From a virus, in the IMG/VR virus record IMGVR_UViG_3300025543_000013, positions 12,475 to 76,474 of that record: a stretch of DNA of 64,000 nucleotides. One strand, written 5' to 3'. This document shows, piece by piece, positions 9,954 through 20,032 of this stretch. The notes under the pieces are model-generated. The model did no database searches, was not told where the DNA came from, and worked only from the letters and a program-made list of their open reading frames with translations. The position numbers and the translations under genes were made by a program. Within the stretch, counting starts at the first letter, position 1, and every line of letters starts with the position of its first letter.

Positions 9954-11170
9954 CAACAATATATTGTACTAAATCCGAACTTAAATCACTATTTTATGAA
10001 AATGAACATTTATTAGAAAATGTTAAGCATATTAATATTGACCATTTTGACGACACTTTAAGAGAATTAAAAACTAAAATAAAAGTTGTAAGATTTGAAG
10101 ACATAACACACCCAATATTTAATCCAGAGGACAATTCGGTCATTATTTTCGATAGGAGAGTTATTGAAAGAGATTTTTTTACATTGATAAATGAATACGG
10201 ATATGATTTTCGTGATAGATTATATTCTATATGGAAAGAACGAAATGTGAGAGTTTTATTTAATTTTGCATTTTTTGAACCAATTGAGTATCAAACAAAA
10301 TTATATGATTTTATAACTACTGATTTCCCATTTAGACACTTAAAACTAACAGATTATCCATTATTTAAAGATTTGCCTAATTTTGAGTATGATTCTTTAT
10401 ATAATATGTTTCATTACTTTAATGAAAATTTAAATGGAAGTCCTAATTCTTTTCCAATAAAAGAACACACTATTGAAAAAGAAAAATTGTTTTCTTCTAT
10501 TCAAATGAAATTAAGACCACATAGATTATATTTTTTTAAGAAGTTATTAGAAAATAAATTAGAACACAATGGATATATTACTGCTACTAAGTTCTACTTT
10601 GATGAATATGTTAATGCCGATTTAAAAACTGATAATAATTCTTTACAAAACAAATATTATTATGAAAAGGACAATTGGAATTTTTTCAAAACAAAGTGGG
10701 AAGACTATAAAAATATTATCGTAGATAGTTTTCAAAATAATATCTGGCAAAACCATACACAAAAATATAATTTAGATTTTGAATATGATAAAAGTTATAT
10801 AGATATTTATGGTGAAACCCACATTCTTTATAATATCAAATATCCATTTTTTACTGAAAAATCATATCAACCAATCTTCTTTGAAAAAATGTTTATATTG
10901 TATGGTGGGAATAGATTTTATCGTAAGTTAAAAAAATTGGGGGGATATAATTTCTTTGAAGAATTTGGATTACCAACAAATTATGATGAAATCGAAAGTC
11001 CTTATAAACAAGTAGATTTAGTAGTGGATGCACTTTCCCAACTATCTATACATAAATTTAATAAAACTTTTTTAGAAAGTCAAGAAAAAATTAAAAAAAA
11101 TAAAAAAATTATTTTAGATTATTATAAAGAAATAATAAGTAAAACACACAATTTTATATTAGACAGATGA
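9950..11170 (+). CDS. Putative glycosyltransferase (GT10/fucosyltransferase-like C-terminus)
   Basis: LRPHR...GET...FFTEKSYQPI...LKKLG...F..YD. One of five paralogs. Confidence 0.5.
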   Translation: MTTIYCTKSELKSLFYENEHLLENVKHINIDHFDDTLRELKTKIKVVRFEDITHPIFNPEDNSVIIFDRRVIERDFFTLINEYGYDFRDRLYSIWKERNVRVLFNFAFFEPIEYQTKLYDFITTDFPFRHLKLTDYPLFKDLPNFEYDSLYNMFHYFNENLNGSPNSFPIKEHTIEKEKLFSSIQMKLRPHRLYFFKKLLENKLEHNGYITATKFYFDEYVNADLKTDNNSLQNKYYYEKDNWNFFKTKWEDYKNIIVDSFQNNIWQNHTQKYNLDFEYDKSYIDIYGETHILYNIKYPFFTEKSYQPIFFEKMFILYGGNRFYRKLKKLGGYNFFEEFGLPTNYDEIESPYKQVDLVVDALSQLSIHKFNKTFLESQEKIKKNKKIILDYYKEIISKTHNFILDR

Positions 11171-11997
11171 AAAAAATATTACTAACAGGAGGTTGTAGCT
11201 TTTCTGCACCATACCCAGAAGAATGGAAAAAAACTTGGGTTCAATATGTTCAAGAAAAATATGAATTTGATAACTATATTCATACCGGTATAGGAGCATC
11301 TGGAAACGAATTAATAACTTATAGGTTGTTGTATTATCTTAACAAATTAAAGGAATTACAGAAAACCCAAGACATCAAAATATATTTAGCAGTTATGTGG
11401 AGTCAAGTAGACAGAATAGACATAATGACTAATAATTTTTCTTTAGATATGAAAACTGATAATGGAAATATGATTAACCACGATTCAATTGAAACAAATA
11501 TTAATTTAAATAATAATAGTTCTATTGAAAAAGTAAAAAGTTTTCTTAAAAAAAATTCAAAGTTTATTAGACCAGGAGGAAAACCCATTGACGAAGATTT
11601 TTATAGAAAAGATAATCCCAATCAAAGGGAGTGGTTATTAAATTATTATAAAGATTATTATACTGATGAATATGCGATTAATCAAACTTTGAAAAATATT
11701 TCATTAATTCAAAATTATTGTGAAAAAAATGATATAAATTATATTATGTTTTCAATGGAAAATCTTTTTGATAATAACAGAATTTCAATTAATAATTATC
11801 CTAACATAAAAAACTTTTTAAGTTTAGTTGATTGGGAAAAATTTGTTTTCTATAAAGAACAAAATGGATTGTATGAGTATACTCACTTAAATAATCTAAA
11901 AATGTGGGAAGATAATTTTCATCCACATAGTTCTACTCATAAACATTTTATTGATAACTTTGACAAAGAAATTAAAAAGATATGGAAAATAAAATAA
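11167..11997 (+). CDS. SGNH-like protein
   Basis: GGCSFS, GASGN, C-terminal DNFHP. Confidence 0.6.
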   Translation: MKKILLTGGCSFSAPYPEEWKKTWVQYVQEKYEFDNYIHTGIGASGNELITYRLLYYLNKLKELQKTQDIKIYLAVMWSQVDRIDIMTNNFSLDMKTDNGNMINHDSIETNINLNNNSSIEKVKSFLKKNSKFIRPGGKPIDEDFYRKDNPNQREWLLNYYKDYYTDEYAINQTLKNISLIQNYCEKNDINYIMFSMENLFDNNRISINNYPNIKNFLSLVDWEKFVFYKEQNGLYEYTHLNNLKMWEDNFHPHSSTHKHFIDNFDKEIKKIWKIK

Positions 11998-13274
11998 TAT
12001 TTGCATACGATAGAAAACAAGATGATTTTTTTGTTCCGAATGGATATTTTGTAAAAGATAATTTTTATGATGATATTGGTCAATATACCATTAACACACA
12101 ACACGAGCCTATTGTTCACCCTATGTTTAGAGCACTTCAACAAAATCAACTTTTACTTGATGATGTAAAAGATAATTTTATCTATCCAATAGAACAATTT
12201 GGTGCTATAGAAAAGTTAATCGGTCAAGAAAACGGATATGAAAATATAAATATGTTTTCAAATATAGGTCAAAAAACTTTTGATAAGATAAGAAGTAAAA
12301 ATGGAAAAATAGTTGTATTTTCATTTGAAGAAAGTAGAGTAGAACTTCAATCCATAGTTTTTCTACACACTAAATTATTAGAGTATAATATTAATGAAAT
12401 ATATTATGTAACAGGAAATAATTGGTCTATACAAAATCACTATAATGTATGGTGTCAACATAACAATATAAAGCCAAAAGTAATTATTTTAAATTCACTT
12501 GAACAACTTTATTTAAAAGGACAAGATTTATATAATAAAAGAGGAAAGTTTGTTGAGTTAAACGAAATAGAAAGTAAACGAGAAAAAAGATTTCTTTGTT
12601 TTAATCGTAGAATCAGACCACATAGATACGCAATGATTGCGATGTTTCATCATAACAATTTACTAAAAGATAATTTAGTTAGTTATTCATTAGAAAGAGG
12701 TAAAGATTTAAATCATTTGGGTGAACAAGGCCCCGATTTACACACTATGAACATTATTATGGGAAAAACAGAATTAAGAGATTCATATATGTCCTATTAT
12801 AATGAACTTGTTAATTTATCACCAATGATAATAGATTATGAAAATCTTACTAATGTAATGGGGCCTGGTTGTGAAAATAAAGAACCATATTTACAAACTT
12901 ATTTTTCTATCGTTACCGAAACAGCATTTCCAGAACAAATATATTTTTCAACAGAAAAAATATATCGTCCTATGTTACATTTTCATCCATTTATAGTTTA
13001 TGGTTCACCATTTACTTTGAAAAATTTAAGAGAACTTGGATTTAAAACATTTGAAGGATTCATAGATGAAAGTTATGATGAAACATTATCACCATTTAAA
13101 CGAATGCAAAAAATTACAAAAGAAGTAAAACGATTGTGTAGTATGAATGATACTGAAATACACGATTGGTATTTGGGTATGAAAGACACATTGATACATA
13201 ATAGAAATCTGATGTATGAATATGGTAGTAAGTATGAAAAACATATGTTAGATTTAGTTGGAGATATTTTATGA
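11982..13274 (+). CDS. Putative glycosyltransferase (GT10-like)
   Basis: FLCFNRRIRPHR, SIVTET, FSTEKIYRP..HPFIVYG, LGFKTF.GFIDESYD. Confidence 0.55.
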   Translation: MENKIIFAYDRKQDDFFVPNGYFVKDNFYDDIGQYTINTQHEPIVHPMFRALQQNQLLLDDVKDNFIYPIEQFGAIEKLIGQENGYENINMFSNIGQKTFDKIRSKNGKIVVFSFEESRVELQSIVFLHTKLLEYNINEIYYVTGNNWSIQNHYNVWCQHNNIKPKVIILNSLEQLYLKGQDLYNKRGKFVELNEIESKREKRFLCFNRRIRPHRYAMIAMFHHNNLLKDNLVSYSLERGKDLNHLGEQGPDLHTMNIIMGKTELRDSYMSYYNELVNLSPMIIDYENLTNVMGPGCENKEPYLQTYFSIVTETAFPEQIYFSTEKIYRPMLHFHPFIVYGSPFTLKNLRELGFKTFEGFIDESYDETLSPFKRMQKITKEVKRLCSMNDTEIHDWYLGMKDTLIHNRNLMYEYGSKYEKHMLDLVGDIL

Positions 13275-13978
13275 TTTTATTTTTGGGTTGTAGTTTTACT
13301 TGGGGGGCTGGACTACAATATGAATATTTACATAATGAAGAAAATGTTTCTTTTGACTATATAAATAAAAATTTAATACCACCAAATTATTTTTTAGAAC
13401 ATTGTTCATACAAAGCAGATAAATATAGACAAGAAAAACATTTTCCTAATTTAATTGCAAAACATTTTAATAGTGCTTATTGTTTAGGAAAATCCGGTAA
13501 TGGTGGTAATAACAATGAAATAGAAAGAATACTTAATGACTTTCAACTGAGAAATTTGGGAGGACAAGGACAATGTAAATTAATTGTAGTTCAATTTACA
13601 GATTGGCAACGTAGTCTTGAGCCTCATCCGAGAATTAGTGATTTAATTGAAATAGAGAAAATAATAGAATTTCAAGTTAATCAAATAGTTCAACAAATAC
13701 AAGCTTTTGGTGTTAAAAATTGGGTAGGAATTTCTTGGTTTGAAGATATTGGTAAATTTTTAAAAACAAAATTTCCAAAAAACTATGTTCCAATTTATGC
13801 AAATGGTGTGGAACTAACAGGTTTTGAAAATCTTTGTCAAAAAAATAATCGTACTAAACCATATACACTTTGGGGTTGGAGTAATGAAAAAATAGATGAT
13901 ATGCATTTTAATTCATATGGACACGAATTTATTGCAAAACAAATAATAAGAAAAATTGAAGAAAATAATTTACTTTGA
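13271..13978 (+). CDS. SGNH-like protein
   Basis: LGCSFTWG, GNGGNN, DMHFNSYGH. Confidence 0.6.
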   Translation: MILFLGCSFTWGAGLQYEYLHNEENVSFDYINKNLIPPNYFLEHCSYKADKYRQEKHFPNLIAKHFNSAYCLGKSGNGGNNNEIERILNDFQLRNLGGQGQCKLIVVQFTDWQRSLEPHPRISDLIEIEKIIEFQVNQIVQQIQAFGVKNWVGISWFEDIGKFLKTKFPKNYVPIYANGVELTGFENLCQKNNRTKPYTLWGWSNEKIDDMHFNSYGHEFIAKQIIRKIEENNLL

Positions 13979-13986
13979 TACTTATT
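13979..13986 (+). promoter_or_regulatory. Putative late promoter variant TACTTATT
   Basis: Single-mismatch copy of the recurrent motif, in the only sizeable gap in the middle of the island. Confidence 0.45.
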
Positions 13987-13991
13987 ATTAA

Positions 13992-14047
13992 GTCAGTCGG
14001 AACTAACTCGGGTGAAATCCCTGAAAGACCTAACCTTCCGAAACGAC
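13992..14047 (+). ncRNA. Candidate structured 5' leader RNA upstream of the rmlC-like gene
   Basis: Nested pairings gtc/gac, tcggaa/ttccga and tcggg-tgaaat-ccc(t)ga. GC-richer than its surroundings. Confidence 0.4.
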
Positions 14048-14064
14048 ATTAAAATAGGAGGCAA

Positions 14065-14568
14065 ATGTTTAGTTATCAATCACAGATTAGTGATATCTTG
14101 AAAGATGTCAAGATATTCACACCAGACAAATTCACAGATTATCGTGGAACAATGTGGACATATTGGGAACAATCAATGGACACACCACCACAGAAAATCT
14201 CTAAATTTACACATTCTCGTAAAAATGTTCTTAGAGGATTACACGGAGATAATGAAACTTGGAAACACATTACTTGTGTTTATGGTGCCTTTTATTTAGT
14301 TGTTGTTGATTATCGTAAAGATAGTCCGACTTATTTAAAGTGGGACAGTTGGACACTTGATGACAAAAATTGTAAAAGTGTATTGGTTCCGCCAGGTTTT
14401 CTTAACGGGCATTTATGTTTAACAAACGAGTGTGTATTTCATTATACTCAATCTTATCCAAATCAATATGTTGACTATCAAGACCAAATAACAGAAAAAT
14501 GGAATGACCCAATGTTAAAAATAAATTGGCCAATCAATAACCCTATATTATCGGAGAGAGACAAATGA
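14065..14568 (+). CDS. rmlC: dTDP-4-dehydrorhamnose 3,5-epimerase family
   Basis: F.DYRG, SRKNVLRGLHG, VVVD.R.DSPTY, VPPGF.NGH, WPI..PILSERD. Confidence 0.88.
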   Translation: MFSYQSQISDILKDVKIFTPDKFTDYRGTMWTYWEQSMDTPPQKISKFTHSRKNVLRGLHGDNETWKHITCVYGAFYLVVVDYRKDSPTYLKWDSWTLDDKNCKSVLVPPGFLNGHLCLTNECVFHYTQSYPNQYVDYQDQITEKWNDPMLKINWPINNPILSERDK

Positions 14569-14975
14569 AAAACAGAAAATTTTTACCATCATTAAATGAA
14601 TTAATTGATAGATTAAGTATTCATCAATTAAAAGAAGTGTTTATAGCAGAAAACAAAAAAAACTATGCAAAAGAAATTAAAGATATGATGCACGATATAG
14701 ATTTAATTTTAAAAGAAGATAGTGGAAAAGTAACCGCAGAAACCATTAGAGCAATCATAGTATTGGCACAAATGAACACACACATCTGGTATAACGAAAC
14801 AAAAGTTCGTAACGGAGAAAAAGACGGAAATTTACATCTAACACACGGACTAAATGGTATTCGTAATACTGCAGGAAATAAAATAGCAGAGTGTATAGGT
14901 AATAAAAATGGTAGACGAGATTATAAAATAGATTGTTTAGCAGCAGAATTTAAAGATTGGGAAATTAGTTGGTAA
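14565..14975 (+). CDS. Hypothetical helical protein of the nucleotide-sugar cluster
   Basis: Translationally coupled on both sides. ELIDRLSI..LKE motif. Confidence 0.7.
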   Translation: MKNRKFLPSLNELIDRLSIHQLKEVFIAENKKNYAKEIKDMMHDIDLILKEDSGKVTAETIRAIIVLAQMNTHIWYNETKVRNGEKDGNLHLTHGLNGIRNTAGNKIAECIGNKNGRRDYKIDCLAAEFKDWEISW

Positions 14976-15601
14976 TGAAAAATTTAGAACAATACGAAAA
15001 AGTTAGAGAAGTTCCTTTTGTTAAACAAGATTTAATTGAGTTTGAAGACCAAATAGTTTCTTTATGGGAAAATGGTAAAATAAAGGCACCAGTTCATTTA
15101 TCCAATGGTAACGAAGATGAGTTAATAGAAATTTTCAGTAGAATAGATTATAGTGATTATATATTTTCTACTTGGAGAAGTCATTATCACGCACTACTTC
15201 ACGGAATATCAACAGAATGGATAGAATATCAAATTTTACAAGGAAAATCAATATCATTGTGTAATCTTGACCATAATTTTTATTCATCAGCAATCGTTAC
15301 AGGTATTTTACCAATCGCACTCGGAACTGCTATTGGACTAAAAAAACAAAACTCAAAACAAAAAGTATGGTGTTTTGTTGGAGATATGACATTTGAAACA
15401 GGTATATTTTATGAAGTTCATAAGTATGCCAGAAACTTCGATTTACCATTATACTTTGTCGTAGAAGACAATAAGGTTTCTACACAAACACCAACAAAAG
15501 CAACTTGGAATAAAACAAGGGATATACCAGATGATGTAATTCATTATAATTATGAATCTAAATATCCACACTACGGAACAGGAAAATGGGTCGTATTTTA
15601 A
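14975..15601 (+). CDS. Thiamine-diphosphate-dependent E1 alpha-like subunit (short)
   Basis: HLSNGNE, STWRSHYHAL, TPP motif VGDM...EDN. ATG overlaps the upstream TAA. Confidence 0.88.
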   Translation: MKNLEQYEKVREVPFVKQDLIEFEDQIVSLWENGKIKAPVHLSNGNEDELIEIFSRIDYSDYIFSTWRSHYHALLHGISTEWIEYQILQGKSISLCNLDHNFYSSAIVTGILPIALGTAIGLKKQNSKQKVWCFVGDMTFETGIFYEVHKYARNFDLPLYFVVEDNKVSTQTPTKATWNKTRDIPDDVIHYNYESKYPHYGTGKWVVF

Positions 15602-16908
15602 ATTTACTATATAAAGATTGGTATAAAGATTGTAGATTGCCAAATGGACTTACGAGATTTGAAATTGATAAAATGAAAGAAATTTTACATACTGAGTATA
15701 GTAATGATATTTCTATGTTATTACAACCAGATATAGATATATTAGTTAAAGATGGGCTAAGACCTACTTGTAAAATAGGGCCATTTTTAAGTACAGATTT
15801 ACTTAAAGAGTTTAAAACAAACTTTGTTAGATTTGAGGACATTACAGAGGACGAAATTTATTTTTATGTAATTGAATTACTACATCAAACTGGATTATAT
15901 CGTTCGTTACAACAAATACCAGATGAGATTATCGACTTAGTAAACCAAGATAGATGCTTTGTCATTTATGATTATGAACACGAGGGTCAATTTGATTATG
16001 ATTTTTTTAAACAATGGTATCAAAATTGTATTATACAAGAGGGATACTCACATATAAAATATAATAATTTCTATGTTTTAACCGGAGATTTAAATTATGA
16101 TAGACAATTGGGAGATGATGTTGAAATTAATTTTGTTCCTTCATTACACTTTGTAGAGTTGTGTGGGGCAGAAGCGGTGGATATGATTGAGGGAGTTAGT
16201 AGTAAACCAAACTTTAAAGTTCGTAGTGTTGATGAAATAGATGTGTCTAAAAAAACAAAACACTTTTTATCATACAATAGAAATTGTCAGAAAGACCATA
16301 GAAAGTCATTAGGTGCATATTTTGAACACAATAACTTATGGAAAAATAATCATATAAGTTTTTTAAAAGGAAGTTGGACAAATGACACAATACCTAATAT
16401 TTTACCAGATATGTATTTAGACGCGTGTAAAAGATTAGATGATATGGATATTGTTGAACTGGATACAAAACATTTGGAAGACAAATTTGGATTTGGAACA
16501 TCATTTACAGATATGTGGGAATTTTATCAAGAAACTTTTTTAAGCGTAGTTTCTGAAACTTTATTTGATGAATCAATATTTTTGTCAGAAAAAATTTGTA
16601 AACCAATATTAAGTTTACATCCATTTATAGTTGTCGGTTCACCAAGAATTATTGAAAAACTTAATGAGTTAGGTTTTAAAACTTTTGAACCTTTTATTTG
16701 TGAAAATTATGACAGTGTGGTTGAACCAGAAAAAAGATTACAATTAGTCTTTGATGAATTAGATAAATTTAGAAATAGACCTATCGAAGAATTGAAAGAA
16801 TGGTTTGAAAGTATAAAACCAATATTAAAACATAATCAAGAAGTTTTGTTAAAAATAGGTAAAGAAAAATCAAGTAAAGTAAAATTTTTGGAGAAACTAT
16901 ATGACTAA
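15586..16908 (+). CDS. Putative glycosyltransferase (GT10-like)
   Basis: FLSYNR...HR, SVVSET, FLSEKICKP..HPFIVVG, LGFKTF. Confidence 0.55.
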   Translation: MGRILNLLYKDWYKDCRLPNGLTRFEIDKMKEILHTEYSNDISMLLQPDIDILVKDGLRPTCKIGPFLSTDLLKEFKTNFVRFEDITEDEIYFYVIELLHQTGLYRSLQQIPDEIIDLVNQDRCFVIYDYEHEGQFDYDFFKQWYQNCIIQEGYSHIKYNNFYVLTGDLNYDRQLGDDVEINFVPSLHFVELCGAEAVDMIEGVSSKPNFKVRSVDEIDVSKKTKHFLSYNRNCQKDHRKSLGAYFEHNNLWKNNHISFLKGSWTNDTIPNILPDMYLDACKRLDDMDIVELDTKHLEDKFGFGTSFTDMWEFYQETFLSVVSETLFDESIFLSEKICKPILSLHPFIVVGSPRIIEKLNELGFKTFEPFICENYDSVVEPEKRLQLVFDELDKFRNRPIEELKEWFESIKPILKHNQEVLLKIGKEKSSKVKFLEKLYD

Positions 16909-17848
16909 TGTTTTAATTACAGGTGCATCAGGTATGATTGGAAAATATCTTGTAGATATGTGTTTAGAAAAAGGATATTATGTAAGGGGAACAGATATTC
17001 GTTATGATGACAGATATGATACTTATTCAGAAAACTTTGAATTTTATCAAGCAGACTTACGAAACTTTGATGATTGTAAAAATGTAGTCGTGGATATGAA
17101 TGTAGTGTTTCACGTGGCAGGAGTTAAGGGTTCACCAAAGAGAGCAGCTGAACAACCAAATGATTACTTTACACCAATGTTACAATTCAATACCAATATG
17201 GCAGAATCTGCAAGGCTTCAAGGAGTTGATTGGTATGTTTACACTTCATCAGTTGGAGTTTATTCACCAGCAGACTATTTTTTTGAAGATGATGTTTGGA
17301 AAACATTTCCAAGTCAAAATGACAAATATGCCGGTTGGGTAAAACGATTAGGTGAATTGCAATTAGAATGTTTTGAAAAACATTATGGATTAAAAAATTA
17401 TTCAATAGTTAGACCAGCAAATGTTTATGGTCGTTATGATGACTTTAGTGAAAATGGAATGGTAATTCCACAATTAATAAAAAGAATACATAATGAAAAT
17501 CCACTAATTTGTTGGGGAGACGGAACACCAATACGAGATTTCATACACGCAGAAGATGTGGCAAGAGGTATATTAATGTCGTATGAAAAGAAAATTACAG
17601 AACCTATTAATTTAGGTAGTGGTACAGGAGTATCGATAAAAGAATTAGTTGAAACATTATCTTTAATTTATCAAGAAAAACATTCAACTAATGTTGAGGT
17701 GTTGTGGGATACAACAAAACCAAATGGTGATGAAATAAGACTTATGGATATGACACGAGCAAATAGTTATGGGTTTTATCCAAAAATAACTTTATCAGAA
17801 GGTATATCTGATGTAATAGACTATATAGGAGAAAAAAATGAACAATAA
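16901..17848 (+). CDS. NAD-dependent nucleotide-sugar epimerase/reductase (GDP-fucose synthase-like SDR)
   Basis: GASGMIG, RPANVYG..D.F, WGDG.P.RDFIH, INLGSG, KPNG. Confidence 0.85.
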   Translation: MTNVLITGASGMIGKYLVDMCLEKGYYVRGTDIRYDDRYDTYSENFEFYQADLRNFDDCKNVVVDMNVVFHVAGVKGSPKRAAEQPNDYFTPMLQFNTNMAESARLQGVDWYVYTSSVGVYSPADYFFEDDVWKTFPSQNDKYAGWVKRLGELQLECFEKHYGLKNYSIVRPANVYGRYDDFSENGMVIPQLIKRIHNENPLICWGDGTPIRDFIHAEDVARGILMSYEKKITEPINLGSGTGVSIKELVETLSLIYQEKHSTNVEVLWDTTKPNGDEIRLMDMTRANSYGFYPKITLSEGISDVIDYIGEKNEQ

Positions 17849-18578
17849 AGAAATACAAGAGTTTTGGTTGAAAAACGGATATTACAACGAACAAATTCTT
17901 TCAGACGAAGAAGTAGAGCTATATCGAGAAGAAACCAGAAAACTATTTAAAGAAAAACCAACAAGTCCATATAAAAATCCAACCGAGGATTCTGAATTAC
18001 TAATAGATTTGATGAAACACCCAAGAGTGTTGGAATTAGTTTCTATTTGTATGGAAGCTGACTTAGGAATTCAAAATGTAAAAGTAGACGCTTTACAAAC
18101 TTGGATGTATTTAAAACCACCAGGAGAATTAGGTAGAGATATACATCAAAATATATTTTATACTCACGCTAATCGTGGTGATATTATCAATACATCAATA
18201 GCACTTAATGACGCGGACAGAGATAATGGTGGTTTATTTGTTTATCCAGGTTCACAACACGAGTGGTGTTTACCAATTACAGTAGATGAAGATAGAATGA
18301 GAACCAATCCTATTGGTTGGAATAATGAACGAGGTAAACCTTGTGTATTACCAGGTGAATGGGTTGACGGAGAATGGAAAGATAAATATGAAAAAGTTTA
18401 TACAAACGCAAAAGCGGGTTCGGTATCGTTAATTCATTCACATATAATCCACGGTTCAGAAGAAAACACTTCACCGGATAGATGGAGAACTGCATTCTTA
18501 ACTGCATACTTAAGACAAGGAGCTCACTTTATTCAAGGTAATGATATGAAAAGAAAAAAAATAGCAGTATATGATTGA
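17838..18578 (+). CDS. Phytanoyl-CoA dioxygenase (PhyH)-family 2OG/Fe(II) oxygenase
   Basis: KPPG...HQN, NGGL.VYPGSQH, IIHGS.EN.S..R.R. Confidence 0.8.
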   Translation: MNNKEIQEFWLKNGYYNEQILSDEEVELYREETRKLFKEKPTSPYKNPTEDSELLIDLMKHPRVLELVSICMEADLGIQNVKVDALQTWMYLKPPGELGRDIHQNIFYTHANRGDIINTSIALNDADRDNGGLFVYPGSQHEWCLPITVDEDRMRTNPIGWNNERGKPCVLPGEWVDGEWKDKYEKVYTNAKAGSVSLIHSHIIHGSEENTSPDRWRTAFLTAYLRQGAHFIQGNDMKRKKIAVYD

Positions 18579-19521
18579 TTTTTTTCATAATAAAAAAGTA
18601 GTCGTTACGGGTGGTAGTGGTTTTATCGGAACACACTTTATTCAAGAGTTATTGAATAGAGGTGCCAATGTTAGAACATCAATCCATAAAACACCACTAA
18701 AAATACAAGACGATAGAATTGAAGTGTTGGATAACATTGATTTGACTAAATTAGATGATGCTATGAAATTAGTAAAAGGTGTTGATATCGTGATACATTG
18801 TGCTGGTCACATTGGACACCCAAGTTCAATTCCAACAGATTATCAAATTGGATTAAATCAAATTACCGTAATTACCAATGTGTTGGAAGCTTGTTACAAA
18901 CAAGGAGTTGGAAGATTTTTAGATTTAAATAGTTCAACAGGTTATCCAGATAAAAGGTATCCAATAACCGAAAGTGAATTTTGGTTAGAACAACCATACA
19001 TTTCTTATTTTAGTTATGGTTGGATGCGAAGATATAGAGAAAAACTTATGGAACATACTTCACACTTGTGTGATATGCACATTGGTATTGCTCGTGGAAC
19101 TGCTATATTTGGGCCACACGATAATTTTGATTTAAAAACTTGTCACGTGGTTCCGGCACTAATCAAAAGATGTTTAAGTGGTGAAGACCCATTTGTAGTT
19201 TGGGGTAGTCCAGATGTCGTTAGAGATTTTCTATATGTTAAAGATGTGGTAAAAGGTTGTTTGTTAGTTTTGGAAAAAGGTAAATCAATGAGACCATACA
19301 ATGTAGGTTATGGTTCAACTATTACGATTGGTGATATTGTGAATACTATATTGAAAGTTACAGGTAAGACACCAGAAGTTCAATGGGACAATTCAAAGCC
19401 AACAACAATTCCATTTCGTTCTTGTTCAACAGAACGAATAGAAACAGAATTAGGATTTAAACCAAATTATACTTTTGAACAAGGTATTAAAGAAACTGTG
19501 GAGTGGTATGAAAACTTATAA
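18571..19521 (+). CDS. Second GDP-fucose synthase-like SDR
   Basis: GGSGFIG, GPHDNFD...HVVPALI, VWG...RDFLYV.D. Confidence 0.85.
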   Translation: MIDFFHNKKVVVTGGSGFIGTHFIQELLNRGANVRTSIHKTPLKIQDDRIEVLDNIDLTKLDDAMKLVKGVDIVIHCAGHIGHPSSIPTDYQIGLNQITVITNVLEACYKQGVGRFLDLNSSTGYPDKRYPITESEFWLEQPYISYFSYGWMRRYREKLMEHTSHLCDMHIGIARGTAIFGPHDNFDLKTCHVVPALIKRCLSGEDPFVVWGSPDVVRDFLYVKDVVKGCLLVLEKGKSMRPYNVGYGSTITIGDIVNTILKVTGKTPEVQWDNSKPTTIPFRSCSTERIETELGFKPNYTFEQGIKETVEWYENL

Positions 19522-20032
19522 AGAAGAACTAATACAATCAATGAATTATTTGGCAGAAAAACCAAATACCATTTTTGTAGGACAACAAACTGCTTTTGCA
19601 GGTAATCCAATGTCCACTACAATTTTGGATATTTCAAAAGACAAAATGATTGAAACACCAGTATTTGAAGAAGTTCAAATGGGTATGTCAATTGGATTAG
19701 GTATGACCAATATGTGTGTCATTACTTTTTATCCAAGGTGGGATTTCTTGATATGTGCGGCAAATCAATTGATTAATCACTTGGATAAATTTAAACATAT
19801 GACAGGTTATGATTCACACGTTATCATTAGAGTTGGTAAAGGTAGTGATGACCCATTAGACCCAGGTGTTCAACATAAAGCAGATTATTCTGAACAATTT
19901 AAACAATTGCTTAGTTATGTTGATATCGTTAAACTTACAAATAAAGAAAATATTTTTTCTACTTATCAAAATGCATATAAAAATAAAAAACCAATAATAA
20001 TTGTTGAATATCCGGAGAAGTATAATGAATAA
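19508..20032 (+). CDS. TPP-dependent E1 beta/transketolase pyrimidine-binding-like subunit (short)
   Basis: ETPVFEEVQMGMSIGL, PRWDF...NQLINHLDK, G.QH. Start moved to ATG 19508. Confidence 0.82.
   Translation: MKTYKEELIQSMNYLAEKPNTIFVGQQTAFAGNPMSTTILDISKDKMIETPVFEEVQMGMSIGLGMTNMCVITFYPRWDFLICAANQLINHLDKFKHMTGYDSHVIIRVGKGSDDPLDPGVQHKADYSEQFKQLLSYVDIVKLTNKENIFSTYQNAYKNKKPIIIVEYPEKYNE

Noticed and set aside
14008-14024. FMN or cobalamin riboswitch, suggested by GGGTGAAATCCC
   Set aside because: Only one T-loop-like hairpin matches. The other conserved helices and the length are missing, so it is kept only as an unclassified structured leader.
19508-19537. MKTYKEELIQ resembling the T4 targeting sequence MKTYQEFIAE
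   Set aside because: It is the ordinary first helix of E1-beta-like proteins, has no terminal Glu and does not match this phage's own tag.
14975-20032. Pyruvate dehydrogenase as a central-metabolism auxiliary gene
   Set aside because: The subunits are truncated, E2/E3 are absent and the context is entirely nucleotide-sugar enzymes.
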